From Candidatus Altimarinota bacterium (lineage in GTDB: Bacteria > Patescibacteriota > Gracilibacteria > BD1-5 > UBA6164), in the NCBI GenBank assembly GCA_024710565.1, contig JANJUN010000023.1, positions 12,909 through 76,908 of the forward strand: a stretch of 64,000 bases of DNA, in the 5' to 3' direction. The notes beneath the pieces were generated by a model. The model was not told the origin of the DNA. It searched no databases and was given only the letters and a program-made list of their open reading frames with translations. Both the position numbers and the translations under genes were made by a program. Positions 1-11,319 of this stretch are shown here, one piece after another; within the stretch, counting starts at the first letter, position 1; each line of letters begins with the position of its first letter.

Positions 1-1163
1 AGTGAGAGATAATCGTGAGTTTTTTTGATAACTTTCCTCTTCAAACCAATCAAATGACTTTTTATAATCTCAATACTCAGGCTTCGACTCCTTTTGATAG
101 CGTAGTATTAACTTCAAAAATTCAAAACTACCCATTTGATTTATATGACAAGAAGTTTCAATGTGTCATAGATAGTGATGGGGATGAGATTTCAGATGAG
201 CAGGAAGCAATCCATAAAACTGATGTATTTTCTCTTGATACAGATGGGGATTTTTATACAGATTATGAAGAAATTTTTAATTCATGGAATCCTTTGGATA
301 ACAATTATTGACCCAATCAAGAACCAAGGACACAAATGCCAAATGATATAGTAAAAAAAGCACAAGAAAATATAAAGACAAAACAATATTGTGATACAAA
401 GATTTCACTTTCGACAAAAGTTTCAAAAGATACGGGACTTCTTACCTCTGGATTTTGAAATGAATACTTTGTTGTTACTATGAAAAAAATATCCAATTAT
501 ATCAATCAGGTTTCTTCTGAAAATCTTTGGTATATTTTACTCGTGGTTATCGGACTTTGATATATTCATGCTCTTGGGCCGGGGCATTCAAAAAGTTTAC
601 TTATTTCCTATATTTTAGATAAAAATAAAAGTTTTTTTGATGGATTATTGTATGCTATGATCTTTACTGTGACGCATCTTCTTGATATTATAGTGTTATT
701 TTTGCTTACTAAAGTCATTTTTAATTTTTATGATGTATCAAATTATATGCTTTATATTCAGAGATTTTCACTTCTGATACTTTTATTTTTCAGTATCTAT
801 TTGATGAGGAAATCATATAAAATGATAAAAAATCCATCGGTTTGAATTGGTTCTGCGTGTGAGAATAAAAAAGATATCAAAGGAACTCTTTTAGTTTGAT
901 TTATTGCTGGATTGGCTCCGTGTACATTTTGATGGAGTATCTTCTTATTACTTTTTTCTACTGGAAATTTGAGACTCATTATTCCTATGATTTTAGCTTT
1001 ATGAATAGGAATATTCTTGTGTCTTTTGAGTATTTTAATTTTTAGTTTTTTCTTAAGAAGAAAAATTTTTGAAAAAATAAAATTATTTTCTGAATATTCA
1101 TGACTTTTTTCCAGTAGTATTTTGTTTCTTTTAAGCATATATTTATTTTTCCAATTATACTAA
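1..1163 (+). CDS. NicO/RcnA-like metal (Ni/Co) transporter fusion protein, 3' part; the 5' end lies outside the window (complete copy at 51408..52934)
   Basis: The ORF is open with TGA read as Gly (checked codon by codon) and ends with TAA at 1161..1163. It has acidic DSDGDEISDEQE and DTDGDFYTDYEE repeats. These are followed by HALGPGHSKSL and GLAPCTFGW motifs inside a multi-TM C-terminal half, as in NicO/UreH-type transporters. Confidence 0.7.
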
Positions 1164-1169
1164 AAAAAT

Positions 1170-1200
1170 AAAACCCCAAACAAAAATAGTTTGGGGTTTT
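1170..1200. terminator. Bidirectional rho-independent terminator hairpin (mirror copy 51371..51401)
   Basis: aaaaccccaaac / gtttggggtttt stem with a 7-nt loop, flanked by A and T runs, between convergent genes. Confidence 0.8.
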
Positions 1201-1206
1201 ATGAAA

Positions 1207-2772
1207 TTATTCTTCTTCTACGCTTTTAATGATTTCTTTAAATCTAAAATATTCTGTGATCCTGAGTCCGCTAAATTTACCTATAAGAAAATTGATTGGG
1301 ATGAGTCAAAGCAGAATTTCAGGATAAGAAAGTAAGAAAACTTTTATTGCCGTGATATTGAAAATTCAGAAGGCAAATATAGGAATCAAAAGAGTATAAA
1401 AAAAGCTTTCCTTGTATTCTCATAAATCTTTCGAAGTAATGATGGTAATCATTTTTTCGCTTAAGAGAATAAAAACGATAAAGTAAAGAACATCTCACAT
1501 ATTGAGAGTGATGAGATTGAGCGAATACAGAATATTGATAATTCCAATAAAAAATATGATATTTATAGAAAGCAGAAATGCCATTCTTGGTGCGTATAAG
1601 AGATTGTATCTTTCAGTGATGAGAGAAAGAACTAAGTTGAGACAAACATATAATAAAATTAAACTTCATCAAAATACCAGTCCTAATTTAAAAAATAGTA
1701 ACGTAATAAATAAAGGAATCACTATTCCTATCGGAGAAAGTCCGATAAAGTGTTTAAAAATAATGATGATAGTTAGTACGATCGGAATGAGTAAAAAAAT
1801 ATAAATACTGTTGGTTGAGTATCAAACATTGGAAAGATTATTGATAAATTTTGATAAGAAAAAGATATTTTTTACATCATTTTGAGTAAGATCGATATTG
1901 AGAAAACTTTGTTTATTCGCCTCGAGTTCTGTAATAAGATCTCAAATCTGATTTTGTTTCAAAATTAAGTATTTAGAATTTTCTCACAGTAATATGATTT
2001 TATCAAGCCAAACTTTATTTGCTAAAAAGTTTTTTAAATAGCTTCATAAGATATTGAGATTGTAAGAAGAGAGTCAGACGATATTATAGGTTTCTCAGGA
2101 ATTGTTACTGGTAAGGTCTTTATTGATATTGGAGAGAATATTAAATACAAAATCTCTTGAACCCCAAACGATGATAAAATCTGATTTAAATCAGAGCGTT
2201 TGTTTGTAATCCTTTATATTATTCACAATGCTGGAAATTTCAATATCTGTTTTATTGAGAGGTCAAATAGTGTTTACATACACTCCATCTTTTTTAGAAA
2301 ATTCAATGTAGTTATTGATATCACTCGAAAGAATTTCATCAGAGTAAATCAGAAGAAATGATTTTTCATAGACTAAAATATTATAGGTATTATGAAACAG
2401 TATCTTTTGTTCACTTGCTTCATCTTCGCTTTTAGTCGTTTCAAAAATATTCAGTTCGAGTTCTTTTTCTCATTTTTCACTAAAAACCCTCATAAATACA
2501 GGACCATTTTGAGTAGAAGCTCATTTCAAATTCCATTCAAAAATGAAAGATTTTTCTCAGTAGAGATTTTCAAGTTTTTCTTTAATATTTGAGATGTCAA
2601 TAACATATTCATTGTTGATATTGATCTCTTTGGAAATAAGCTTATTTATTTCCTCAGATATATCAAAAGATGTTTCTAGGGAAGAATTTTCATAGGATTC
2701 TTGAATATTTCCACTTGCAAAGCTGTTGAGTGTGAGCGATATTAAAAGAATGCAAAGAAGTAATTTTTTCAT
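1207..2772 (-). CDS. Secreted/membrane protein: signal peptide plus a C-terminal domain of about 7 TM helices (possibly the 7TM domain usually fused to inactive transglutaminases)
   Basis: 521-codon ORF free of TAA/TAG, verified codon by codon on the mirror copy 49799..51364. N-terminus is MKKLLLCILLISLTLNSFA. The hydrophobic C-terminal 230 aa end in GKFSGLRITEYFRFKEI. The family assignment is from memory only. Confidence 0.6.
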
Positions 2773-2773
2773 A

Positions 2774-4243
2774 TTATTTTCTATTAAGAATTATTCAAAA
2801 GGTTTTTAAAAAAATTTTTACATCTAAGAGAAAACTCCAGTTTTCTATATAGAATACATCGAGATTTACTTCGTCTTCAAATGTATTTTTTTCTCTTCCG
2901 TTTACTTGAGCGAGTCCTGTAATTCCAGGTTTAATCGTAAGTACTCTTTTTTGATGAAGAAGATAATTTTGAACTTCTCTTGGTTGATGTGGTCTTGGTC
3001 AAACGAGACTCATATTTCATAAAAAAACGTTGAAAAGCTGTGGTAGTTCATCAATAGAGTATTTTTCAATAAAGTTTCAAATTTTTGTTTTTCTTGGATC
3101 ATCTTTTATCTTATAGAGTGGACCATGTCTGGATGATTTTTCGGCTATAAGTTTTTTTTCAAAAGCAAGAGCTTCGTCTTTGTTATTATCGACTCCATAA
3201 CTTTCTTTGATACAATATTTCCATTTGAGGTATCTGAATTTATAGAGATTGAATTTTTTTCCGGTCTGTCCGACTCTGAGATTTTTATAAATGATAGGTC
3301 CATCGGGATCTTCCCATTTAATCAGTATTCCTACTATGATAAATAGAGGAAGGGAAATAATAATTCAGATGATACTTCCGATGAGATCAATTCACCTTTT
3401 TAGAACTCTTCACCAAGCTCAAAGGGCGGTATTTTTTATTTCTACTACTGGAATTTTATTTAAGAGGGACACGGTAGTATTGCTTTTAGTAACATCAAAA
3501 CTATTGGTAATATATCTATAGCGTATTCCGTATATTCTCGAAAAATCCCAAATTTGGTAGAGTTCATCACTATTAAAATCACTATCAATATAGAGAATTT
3601 CATCAATAGGATTTTTTTCTAAAATATCTCATATATGTTGTGCGTTTCATAAATAGGGAAGTTTTGCATTTGTTTTTGCTTTATTGATGTATCAGATGAT
3701 GTTATAAATATGGGCTTCTTGAATATCATCTAAAATATGGTGTATATTTTTTTCTCACTGAGAGGTTACTATCAGTATATTTCTTTTTGGAATATATCAG
3801 CTATCCAAAAGAAAATTTTGTATTTTATTGAGAATAATTCTTTCTGTAATAATTCAAAAAACACCAATAAGAGTGGTAAATAAAATAACGAGTCTTGGAA
3901 TTTCTACATTATAAAAAACTCATTTTCCAAAATAAACAAATACAGAGAAAAATAAAAAAAAGTAAATACTGTATAACAATATATCAAAAGTTTCCTTTAA
4001 TTTTGATGCTGTTATTTTGAGAGAATATAGTCCGTGAATAGAAAAAATAATCAAGTATAAAAAGGCTCCAAAAATCGCAAATTTGAGAAGGTATTCATTA
4101 TGAATAATTTGTATAGGGAGTTGTACTCATGGGACAAAGTCGTTTATTTCTCTGAGATCTCTCGCTATAAAAAAGCTCAAAAAGATGATAAGAAAATCCA
4201 GAGGTAATTTTAAAAGTGAAAAAATAATTTCATGTTTTTTCAT
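2774..4243 (-). CDS. Polyprenyl-phosphate sugar phosphotransferase (WbaP/EpsB-like, Bac_transf family)
   Basis: 489-aa ORF with N-terminal TM helices. The C-terminus carries GQTGKKFNLYKFRYL ... DELPQLFNVFLGNMSLVGPRPHQPREV ... KPGITGLAQVNGR, the bacterial sugar-transferase signature. Confidence 0.85.
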
Positions 4244-4423
4244 AGGGGATTTTAGAAAAAATAGAATTTTATAATGTGGGTATTGAATGGAATGTGTTTT
4301 CCAGTTCTTTTTTTATTTTATGTAATTTTTTATTATTGCAACTTCTTATTGATTTAAAATTTGATTTATGGAGAAAAAATATTATATTTCAAAATATATT
4401 TTATTTTTCGTTACTTGCTTTTT

Positions 4424-5398
4424 ATGAAACAAATTTTTCTTGTGTTATTTTCTGACTTTTCTTTGTTATACAGACACTTTCTTCATTGGAATATTTCAAA
4501 GATTTTAATTTCTCTCTTTAGTTTCCTTTTATGACTTCTTTTTGCTCTTCCGTTTTGAGGATTACTTTTCCTCCTACTTTTCATTGATCCTATCGATTGG
4601 CAGGATATTTTTTCTACGTATTATGCTACACAAACCATAGGGCTCTCTTTTTTAACAGCCATCAGTTCACATCTTTTTTATGTTATATTTGAAGTACTTC
4701 TTCTTGTATTGTGAGTATTGGCGTTTTGATTTTGAAGTAGTTATAAATTGGTGCTCATGGCAAAATTAAATTTGGATTACAAAGCAGGTACACCAACGGG
4801 GTTTTTTAAAAATCATTATTTTTCTTTTTTGAAAATATCAAAGACGATCTGAATTTTTTCGTGGATAGGAGTGGTGTTTCTGGCTTTATTTTTTCTCATC
4901 GTATGAATTTTTCTTGCCATTATTTTTTTCTATTGAGGGATTGAGGAGGCTTATGTTATAGCAACACAATCAGAAAGTGTAAGCGCACTTTCTTTAGCGG
5001 TTTTATCTGTAGTTATAGTTGGATTTTTGATATTTTTGTATTTGGCATATAGAATGAATTATTCATATATCATTATGTTAGATGAAAAAAACTACCCAGA
5101 AAGAAAATCAGCACTTTTTTATGTAAAAGAATCATTTAAAATTACTTCGGGAGTAAAAGTATTTTTCTTTTTCCTCGTAGCACTTGTATTTTCTATTTGT
5201 ATTGTTTTTCCAGTTGATTATATAGGGAAATATATAGAGGCGATGGAATATCCTTTGGTAGAAGCTCTTTTTTCTCTTATCATATTTTTGACTATGAACG
5301 GATTATTTGAGATGTTACTAGTGAGTACCTATTATAGTATTATGCAAAAAGATACTACACATGCCGATACTTCTGAGTCTATAGCAGAATGAGTTTAA
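4424..5398 (+). CDS. Multi-pass membrane protein, unknown function
   Basis: 324-codon ORF (TGA = Gly) translated directly. It has several hydrophobic helices. With code 25, TAA at 5396..5398 is the stop; the TGA at 5390 is read through. Confidence 0.55.
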
Positions 5399-5418
5399 TT
5401 GAATTATTTTAAAAAACA

Positions 5419-6234
5419 ATGAAAGTTTTAATATTTTGAGATATTTATGGAAGAGTAGGAAGAAATGCTTTTAAAAAGCATTTCTTGTCTTTAAAAGAAA
5501 AATATAATCCAGATTTTGTTTTGGTAAATCCTGAAAATATTTCTTCGGGAAGAGGTCCTATAGAAAAACATATGAAAGAACTAGATGCACTCTGAGGTAT
5601 AGATGTGTATACTTCTTGAAATCATATTTTTGATAACTATGATGATATTAAAAATTATTTAGAAAAACCTGACTCTAAACTCCTTCGTCCAGCAAATTAT
5701 TATGAATCAGAGCATCTATATATTCCAGGAAAAGGATATAAAATATTAGAAAAAAATGGTTTAAAACTTCTTGTTATCAATATTATGTCATCAGTATTTA
5801 TGAGAGATGAAGTCTATAATCCTTTTTTAAAAATGGATGAACTTTTAAAGACGATTGATACTTCTTGATTGAATGGAATTATTATCGATTTTCATAGGGA
5901 AACCACTTCAGAAATCTATGCAATGGGGATGTTTTTGGATGGAAAAATAAGTTTTCTTTACGGAACACACACTCACATCCAAACCAATGATGAGTTGATT
6001 TTACCGCAGGGAAGTGGACTTTTAACAGATGTATGAATGAGTGGACCGCTCTATAGTATTATATGAGCTGATTTTGAGGGAATAAAATCAAGATTTTTTG
6101 GGGGGATTTTAAAAGGGAAGATAGAACAGGCGCTCGATCCAAATTATGTGGTAAGTGGCTGTGTTGTTGAAATAGATGAAAAAACAAAAAAATGTTTACA
6201 TATAGAAAAAATTAGAATAAAGGGGAAATTATAG
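5419..6234 (+). CDS. ymdB: YmdB-family metallophosphoesterase (2',3'-cyclic-nucleotide 2'-phosphodiesterase, TIGR00282-like)
   Basis: MKVLIFGDIYGRVGR ... NPENISSGRG ... YTSGNHIFD ... GTHTHIQTND ... DVGMSGP. The conserved GD and GNH glycines are TGA codons (5437..5439, 5617..5619). Verified codon by codon; TAG at 6232..6234. Confidence 0.88.
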
Positions 6235-6246
6235 TAAGAAAAATAA

Positions 6247-6275
6247 AAAAATAGAAACTTTTAGTTTCTATTTTT
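6247..6275. terminator. Bidirectional terminator hairpin (mirror 46296..46324)
   Basis: aaaaatagaaact ttt agtttctattttt. It overlaps the stop codon of the convergent minus-strand gene. Confidence 0.7.
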
Positions 6276-6642
6276 CATCTTTTAAGCGTTTTAAATCTTC
6301 TAGGTTTCATTTTTTTATTCTTAAAAGTTTCATTTTTTGAGTAAGAAGTTTTGTTTTGAGTTTTATTCTTGGAATATCTTCTTCAAAAGTAGTTTGCGCG
6401 AGATTTTCTCATTTTTTTAATTCACTGTAGGTTTCATAAAATCAGGTAAATGCTTCTCCGATACTTTTTGAAAGTCAGATTCCTGTATAGTGGAGTACTT
6501 TTTTCCCAAGTTTTTCTTTGCTTACATCTTTTTGGTCGTTTGATTTTTCTTGTAATTTTTTTGTTGTATATAAAACGGTATCATCTAAATATGCTTGAAA
6601 ATAAGCATATTTTTCTCATAAATATCTAAAAGGATTCTTCAT
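6268..6642 (-). CDS. Hypothetical protein (124 aa)
   Basis: ORF MKNPFRYLGEKYAYFQAYLDD...KRLKDEK, read on the mirror copy 45929..46303. It is bounded by a terminator, and I recognised no family. Confidence 0.5.
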
Positions 6643-6741
6643 ATAAAAAAGTAAATATAAAAATATTGAGGATATTATATTTATTATTTACTTTTTTCAA
6701 ATTTTATTATTATAGAGAAAACTTAGTATTAATTTCTTTTT

Positions 6742-7110
6742 ATGACCAAAAAACTTTTTTTACTCATCATATTGTGTATTTTTTTGTTAAGTACTACGAC
6801 ATTATTTTTTATTTTTCATTATTTAGATCCTTATAGAAATGAATTTGTTTCGGTTGTTACATTAGGAGTTTCAGTTTTACTATGTATTACTTCTTTTGTC
6901 AGTATGCTTTTGTATCTTTTTAAAAAAGTTCATTATAGAGGAGAAGTATTTTTATCACATATTTTTTCCAGTTTACGACAAGCATTTTTAGTCGCTCTTT
7001 TTGTTATTGGAGTGGTTTTATTTAAAATTATTGGAGTATTTTCTATTGCGACAGTAGGGCTTTTTATTTTGATTCTTATTTTTATCGAAATGATGTTTCA
7101 AAATTTTTAA
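6742..7110 (+). CDS. Small integral membrane protein (122 aa, about 4 TM helices)
   Basis: Intact ORF in the track with no TGA. It is strongly hydrophobic (MTKKLFLLIILCIFLL...). Confidence 0.6.
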   Translation: MTKKLFLLIILCIFLLSTTTLFFIFHYLDPYRNEFVSVVTLGVSVLLCITSFVSMLLYLFKKVHYRGEVFLSHIFSSLRQAFLVALFVIGVVLFKIIGVFSIATVGLFILILIFIEMMFQNF

Positions 7111-7139
7111 ATAAAATAACAGAACGTCAAGAGGTTTTT

Positions 7140-7168
7140 TTGATTTTCTTATCTTTATGTGATATAAT
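7140..7168 (+). promoter_or_regulatory. Sigma70-type promoter of the M23 peptidase gene (mirror 45403..45431)
   Basis: TTGATT (7140..7145), a 17-nt spacer ending in TGA (extended -10), and TATAAT (7163..7168); this sits 40 nt upstream of the ATG at 7208. Confidence 0.5.
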
Positions 7169-7207
7169 TTTTTTGTCTCTACTATTTAAAAAAGAAAAAT
7201 AAAATTT

Positions 7208-9253
7208 ATGAACGCAATACAAAAAATACTTACTACTTTCCTTCTTTTTATCTTTACTCAATCTCTATTTGTACAAACATATGCAAATTCACTTATCTAC
7301 TCAAAACAAGTGAGAGGAAAAATCATGGAAAACTTTAAACAAGAACAGTTTAATAATATTTATAATAATCAAAATGGACTTTTAAAAGAGGATGTGAATT
7401 TTTTTGAAACTCAAAATAAAATCATGATGTTTGAAACTATCAGAGATAATAATAAAGAACAAAAAGAAGAACTCGATATTCAAAGACAGGTTATTTCAGA
7501 TAGAGTAACGAATTTAGAAGATGCTATTGCTCTTATAGATGCGGATATTGAAAAAACAAAACAAGAGATTTTATCCTTAAGTCGTAATATCGTTGCATTA
7601 TACTCAGAAATAGCGAGTACAAAACAAGAGATAGATGTAAAAAATAAAGAAATATATGAATCAAGAAAGATTCTTTTGGATTATATTGCACATATTTATA
7701 AAAAACAAAATGTACTCTATTCAGGAGAATATAAAGATATTGACTCACTTAAAACGGTGTTATTGTCAGATGGAAGCTTGGGAGATATTCTTTCAGAACT
7801 TCATTTTACTTCGGTACTTGAAATAACTGGACAATCTTTAGTGGAACAATATAGAAAATTAGTAAAAGAATTATTTGTAAAAAAACTTGATTTAGAAAAA
7901 AAGAATAAAAATGTAAAACTCTCAAAAACTCAAGAATTGATAAAGAAAAAATCTCTTCAGGAAAAAAAAGAATTTAGAGAAAAAATCCTTGATTATACAA
8001 AAGGACAAGAAGAACTTTTTACTCAATATGTAAAAGAAAAAATTAAAGTAGATACGACTCTTAAAATAAAAATTATTCAAAATAAGGTAAAATTAAAAGA
8101 TCAAAAATCCGAATTGTTAGCGAAATATAACTGTGATTATTTAGATGAAAAATTATTCTCAGATGATGTCTATTTAATAGATATTGATGATAAATCAAAA
8201 AAAGATTGTATGGAACTCAATAAGATTTTAACATTAGAATCACAACTCAAACCATTTTCACAAAATAAACAAAATGTGTTTTTATGGCCTATACAACCAG
8301 AAAAATGAATAAGTGCGTATTATAAAGATCCATCATACTTAGACGCTGTTTGAGCAAGTCATGATGCGATTGATATTATTGCTCCACAGGCAACTGATAT
8401 TATTGCACCAGCAGATGGATACATAACTTATGTAAAAGAACCAACAGATGAGGGGTATGCCTATGTAGTACTAAAACATGCAAATGGATTTGTGAGTGTC
8501 TATGGACATATCAATGAGGTATTATTTACACAATATGATTTTATTAAAGCAGGAACCGTTTTTGCTCGTAGTTGAGGAGAAGTTGGAACCAATGGGGCTG
8601 GACTTATGACCACTGGACCACATCTTCATTTTGAAGTATTTAAAGATAGAGAATATGTTGATCCACTCAATTATTTAGATCTTACAGTATTATCAGAAGA
8701 TAAAGTTCCACCAGTTCAAAAATATGCATATAAATATGTAAATGACTATAAAGAAAGACACGGAGAAGAATATACTGGAGATTTACTCAAAAATATAGTG
8801 GTATTTAAATTAGAAGGAGAAAATGAGATAGAGAGACAAAAAGATTTACTTGCAAAATATGCAACGAGTGAATTTAATAATTGGGATATGTGGGTAGAGG
8901 AAGCAGTTGATGGAAATATTGATCCAAGTTTCCTTATGTGTATTGGACTTGCTGAGAGTGGACTTGGAAAAAATTTAAAAACATCGTATAATGTTTGAAA
9001 TATTGGGAATACAGATAGTTGAGGAACCTGGGAATTCCCAAATGCAAGAAGCTGAGTATACCGGATGACAAAAACTTTAAATAATCAATTTTTATGAGAT
9101 TATAAAGAAATGAGTAAATTATCAAGATATGGAAATAAAACCGGATCGATTTACGCGTCATCTCCAATCAATTGGCATAATAATATGGTAAAATGTTTAC
9201 AAGCTCTGAAAGCAGAACATATTCCAGATAATTTTAACTTTAGACTACAATAA
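7208..9253 (+). CDS. M23-family metallopeptidase with signal peptide, long N-terminal coiled coil (EnvC-like) and an extra C-terminal glucosaminidase/muramidase-like region
   Basis: 681-aa ORF verified codon by codon. M23 motifs are HDAIDIIAP ... GFVSVYGHI ... GEVGTNGAGLMTTGPHLHFEV. The C-terminal CIGLAESGLGKNLKTSYNVGNIGN resembles the FlgJ-type glucosaminidase motif. TAA at 9251..9253. Confidence 0.85.
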
Positions 9254-9256
9254 TTT

Positions 9257-10189
9257 ATGTATTACTTTTTAATAATTTTATTTTCTAGTGTATTGTCTGA
9301 TTGAGTATTCGCTTCGAATACTCAATCAAATGATGCTGGAATTTCACATGGGGTGAGTTTTTTATCAAAAATACTTTCTACTGACGCATTAGTAAATTTT
9401 GCTTTTGGTATTCTTGTACTGATAGCAACTTTTTTAGTTTCAAAGATACTTTCTGGAAAACTCGAATCCTATTATACTTCTTATAATAAAGATGGAGATC
9501 AAACAAAGGAATGACTGTATGGGGTAATTAGTAGAAGTATAAATATCACGGTATGGTTTTTATGAATTACGTTGATGTTTGGGGTAATGGGATTAAATGT
9601 GGGATTATTTTTATGATGAATCGGTTTTTGAATCTGATTTACTATGCAAATATTTCTTTCTAATTTTATCTATTGAATTGTTATGGTTACACAAGGAACC
9701 GTAAGAAATGGAGATTTGATAGAACTGAATGGAGAGGTTTCAAAGGTTGAAAAAGTAAATCCACTTTTTACTGAAGTAAAAAAACTCAATGGAGTGAAGA
9801 GTTTTATACCAAATATTAAATTTTTACAAGACTCATTTTCTAACTTATATATCAATGAAAGCAGAAGATTTGAAGTAGAATTTACCCTTGATTACACAGC
9901 CGATATTCCAAAAGCAAAACTCATTATTGATAAAGTAATAGGAAGTGTTCCTGGAATAATAGAAAAACCAGAACATAAAATATGGCTTACAGGATTAAGT
10001 GAAAATGGGGTGGTTGTAAAAGTACTTTTCCGGATGAAATCAAGAGATAAGGTATTTACGATTCGTTCTAATGTGATAGAAACTCTTAATTTAGCATTTA
10101 AACAAGCATGAATATTAGTCGCATTTAACCAAATGACTTTTGTGCAAAGAGATGATATTCAGAGTGATAAATATAAAGCAACCAAATAA
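9257..10189 (+). CDS. Mechanosensitive ion channel family protein (MscS-like)
   Basis: 310-aa ORF verified codon by codon. It has TM helices with GLFLGGIGFGIGFTMQ, followed by a beta-domain (GDLIELNGEVSKVEKVNPLFTEVK). It starts 4 nt after the M23 stop. Confidence 0.82.
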
Positions 10190-10229
10190 AAAACATATTT
10201 CTTTAGAAATATGTTTTTTATTTGGTTGC
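10178..10229. terminator. Long perfect hairpin terminator (24-bp arms, 4-nt loop) overlapping the MscS stop codon (mirror 42342..42393)
   Basis: gcaaccaaataaaaaacatatttc ttta gaaatatgttttttatttggttgc, read directly. Confidence 0.8.
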
Positions 10230-10247
10230 TTATTTAAAAGTATCTAA

Positions 10248-10294
10248 TTTTTATAGTAAAAAATATTTGATTTTTATAGTAAAAACTCTATAAT
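10248..10294 (+). promoter_or_regulatory. Promoter with two 15-bp direct repeats (operator-like) upstream of the AbiEi-like gene (mirror 42277..42323)
   Basis: tttttatagtaaaaa occurs at 10248..10262 and 10271..10285, 23 bp apart start to start. TTGATT is at 10267..10272, then a 16-nt spacer, then TATAAT at 10289..10294. The second repeat fills the spacer. Confidence 0.45.
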
Positions 10295-10336
10295 TATTAT
10301 AGAATGATTTTAGCTTAAAAATAACAAAATATAACT

Positions 10337-11116
10337 ATGATAACTTTTGACAAAATTGTTAATAAACTGTTAAAAAAATGATGAAAAGTAATTTTTAAAG
10401 ATGATATTTTTGAAATTATTGACCCAGAAAAAAAGCCTGAATATATGACTTTAGTCAATAAAACTATCTACCTTTTAAAGTCTAAAAATGTCATAAAAAC
10501 GATTCGTAATGGAGTCTATATTATACCAGATAGATTTGATGAAAAATTAAATGAAATCGACCTGATAGAAAAGTATTATTTTGCCTTTGTGAAAAAGTAC
10601 ATAGCTGAAAATGTTGGAAGTGAATATTTTATTTCTGGGAAAAAATCTCTTGAAATACACTTAAAAAATTTTTCTATTCCAGAAAAAATTATTATCGTCA
10701 ATAGAAAAATAAATAAAAAAGTGATGATATGAAATTACCAAATCATTTTTAAAACCATTTCTGCGTGAAAAGTGAATCTCTTTCAAAAGCTCTCAAAATT
10801 GACGAAATCCGTAGCAATAGAATCTACCACATTTAAGATATCTGCTTTAGAATTGGCTTTGGTAGAAACGGCACTTATCTCAGATAGTATGGAGGGGATA
10901 GATATAGAACTGCTTTCTAAGGCAATTAAAAAATATGGAAAATTCTTTCAAACTGAGCACTTTTATATTATTGGAGAACTTAAATATGGTATGGCGTTTA
11001 ATCGTCTCAAGGAAATTTCAAAACATATTGATACAAAATTATACGAAATATTTTTAGATATTATCAAGAAAAATGGAGGTCTTTTTATAGGGGAAGGTTT
11101 GAGGAAGGTGATTTAA
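10337..11116 (+). CDS. wHTH protein resembling AbiEi-type (type IV TA antitoxin-like) transcriptional regulators; no cognate toxin adjacent
   Basis: 259-aa ORF joining two track ORFs through two TGA codons. The N-terminal pattern ...LLKSKNVIKTIRNGVYIIPD matches the AbiEi_4 (l.rv.rGvY) style. Assignment is from memory. Confidence 0.45.
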
Positions 11117-11319
11117 ATTTGTATTTTTATATAAAAAAGTTAAAATACTCTCAAACCTTACTTTATCACTTATCATCACTATCATGAGAACAATATTTCT
11201 TCATTTGAAATGTATCGCTAGAATTTGGTAATTCTAAAAAAACACTTTCAAAAAATAAAATAATCAAAATAAATCTTTAAAAAAGATTTATATTTTTAGT
11301 ATTCTATAATATAAAAATT

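Noticed and set aside
797-1138. Track ORFs antisense to or out of frame with the genes called here. Examples: 797..1138(-), 1502..1804(+), 3291..3521(+), 7533..7748(-), 14289..14847(-), 15979..16317(-), 21030..21215(-), 24776..25075(-), 25660..25878(-), 56555..56758(+), 57846..58136(+), 59445..59672(-), and their mirror copies.
   Set aside because: Each lies entirely inside a longer, homology-supported or full-length code-25 ORF on the other strand or in another frame. Their translations are low-complexity or Cys/Trp/Arg-rich, as expected for shadow frames in AT-rich DNA.
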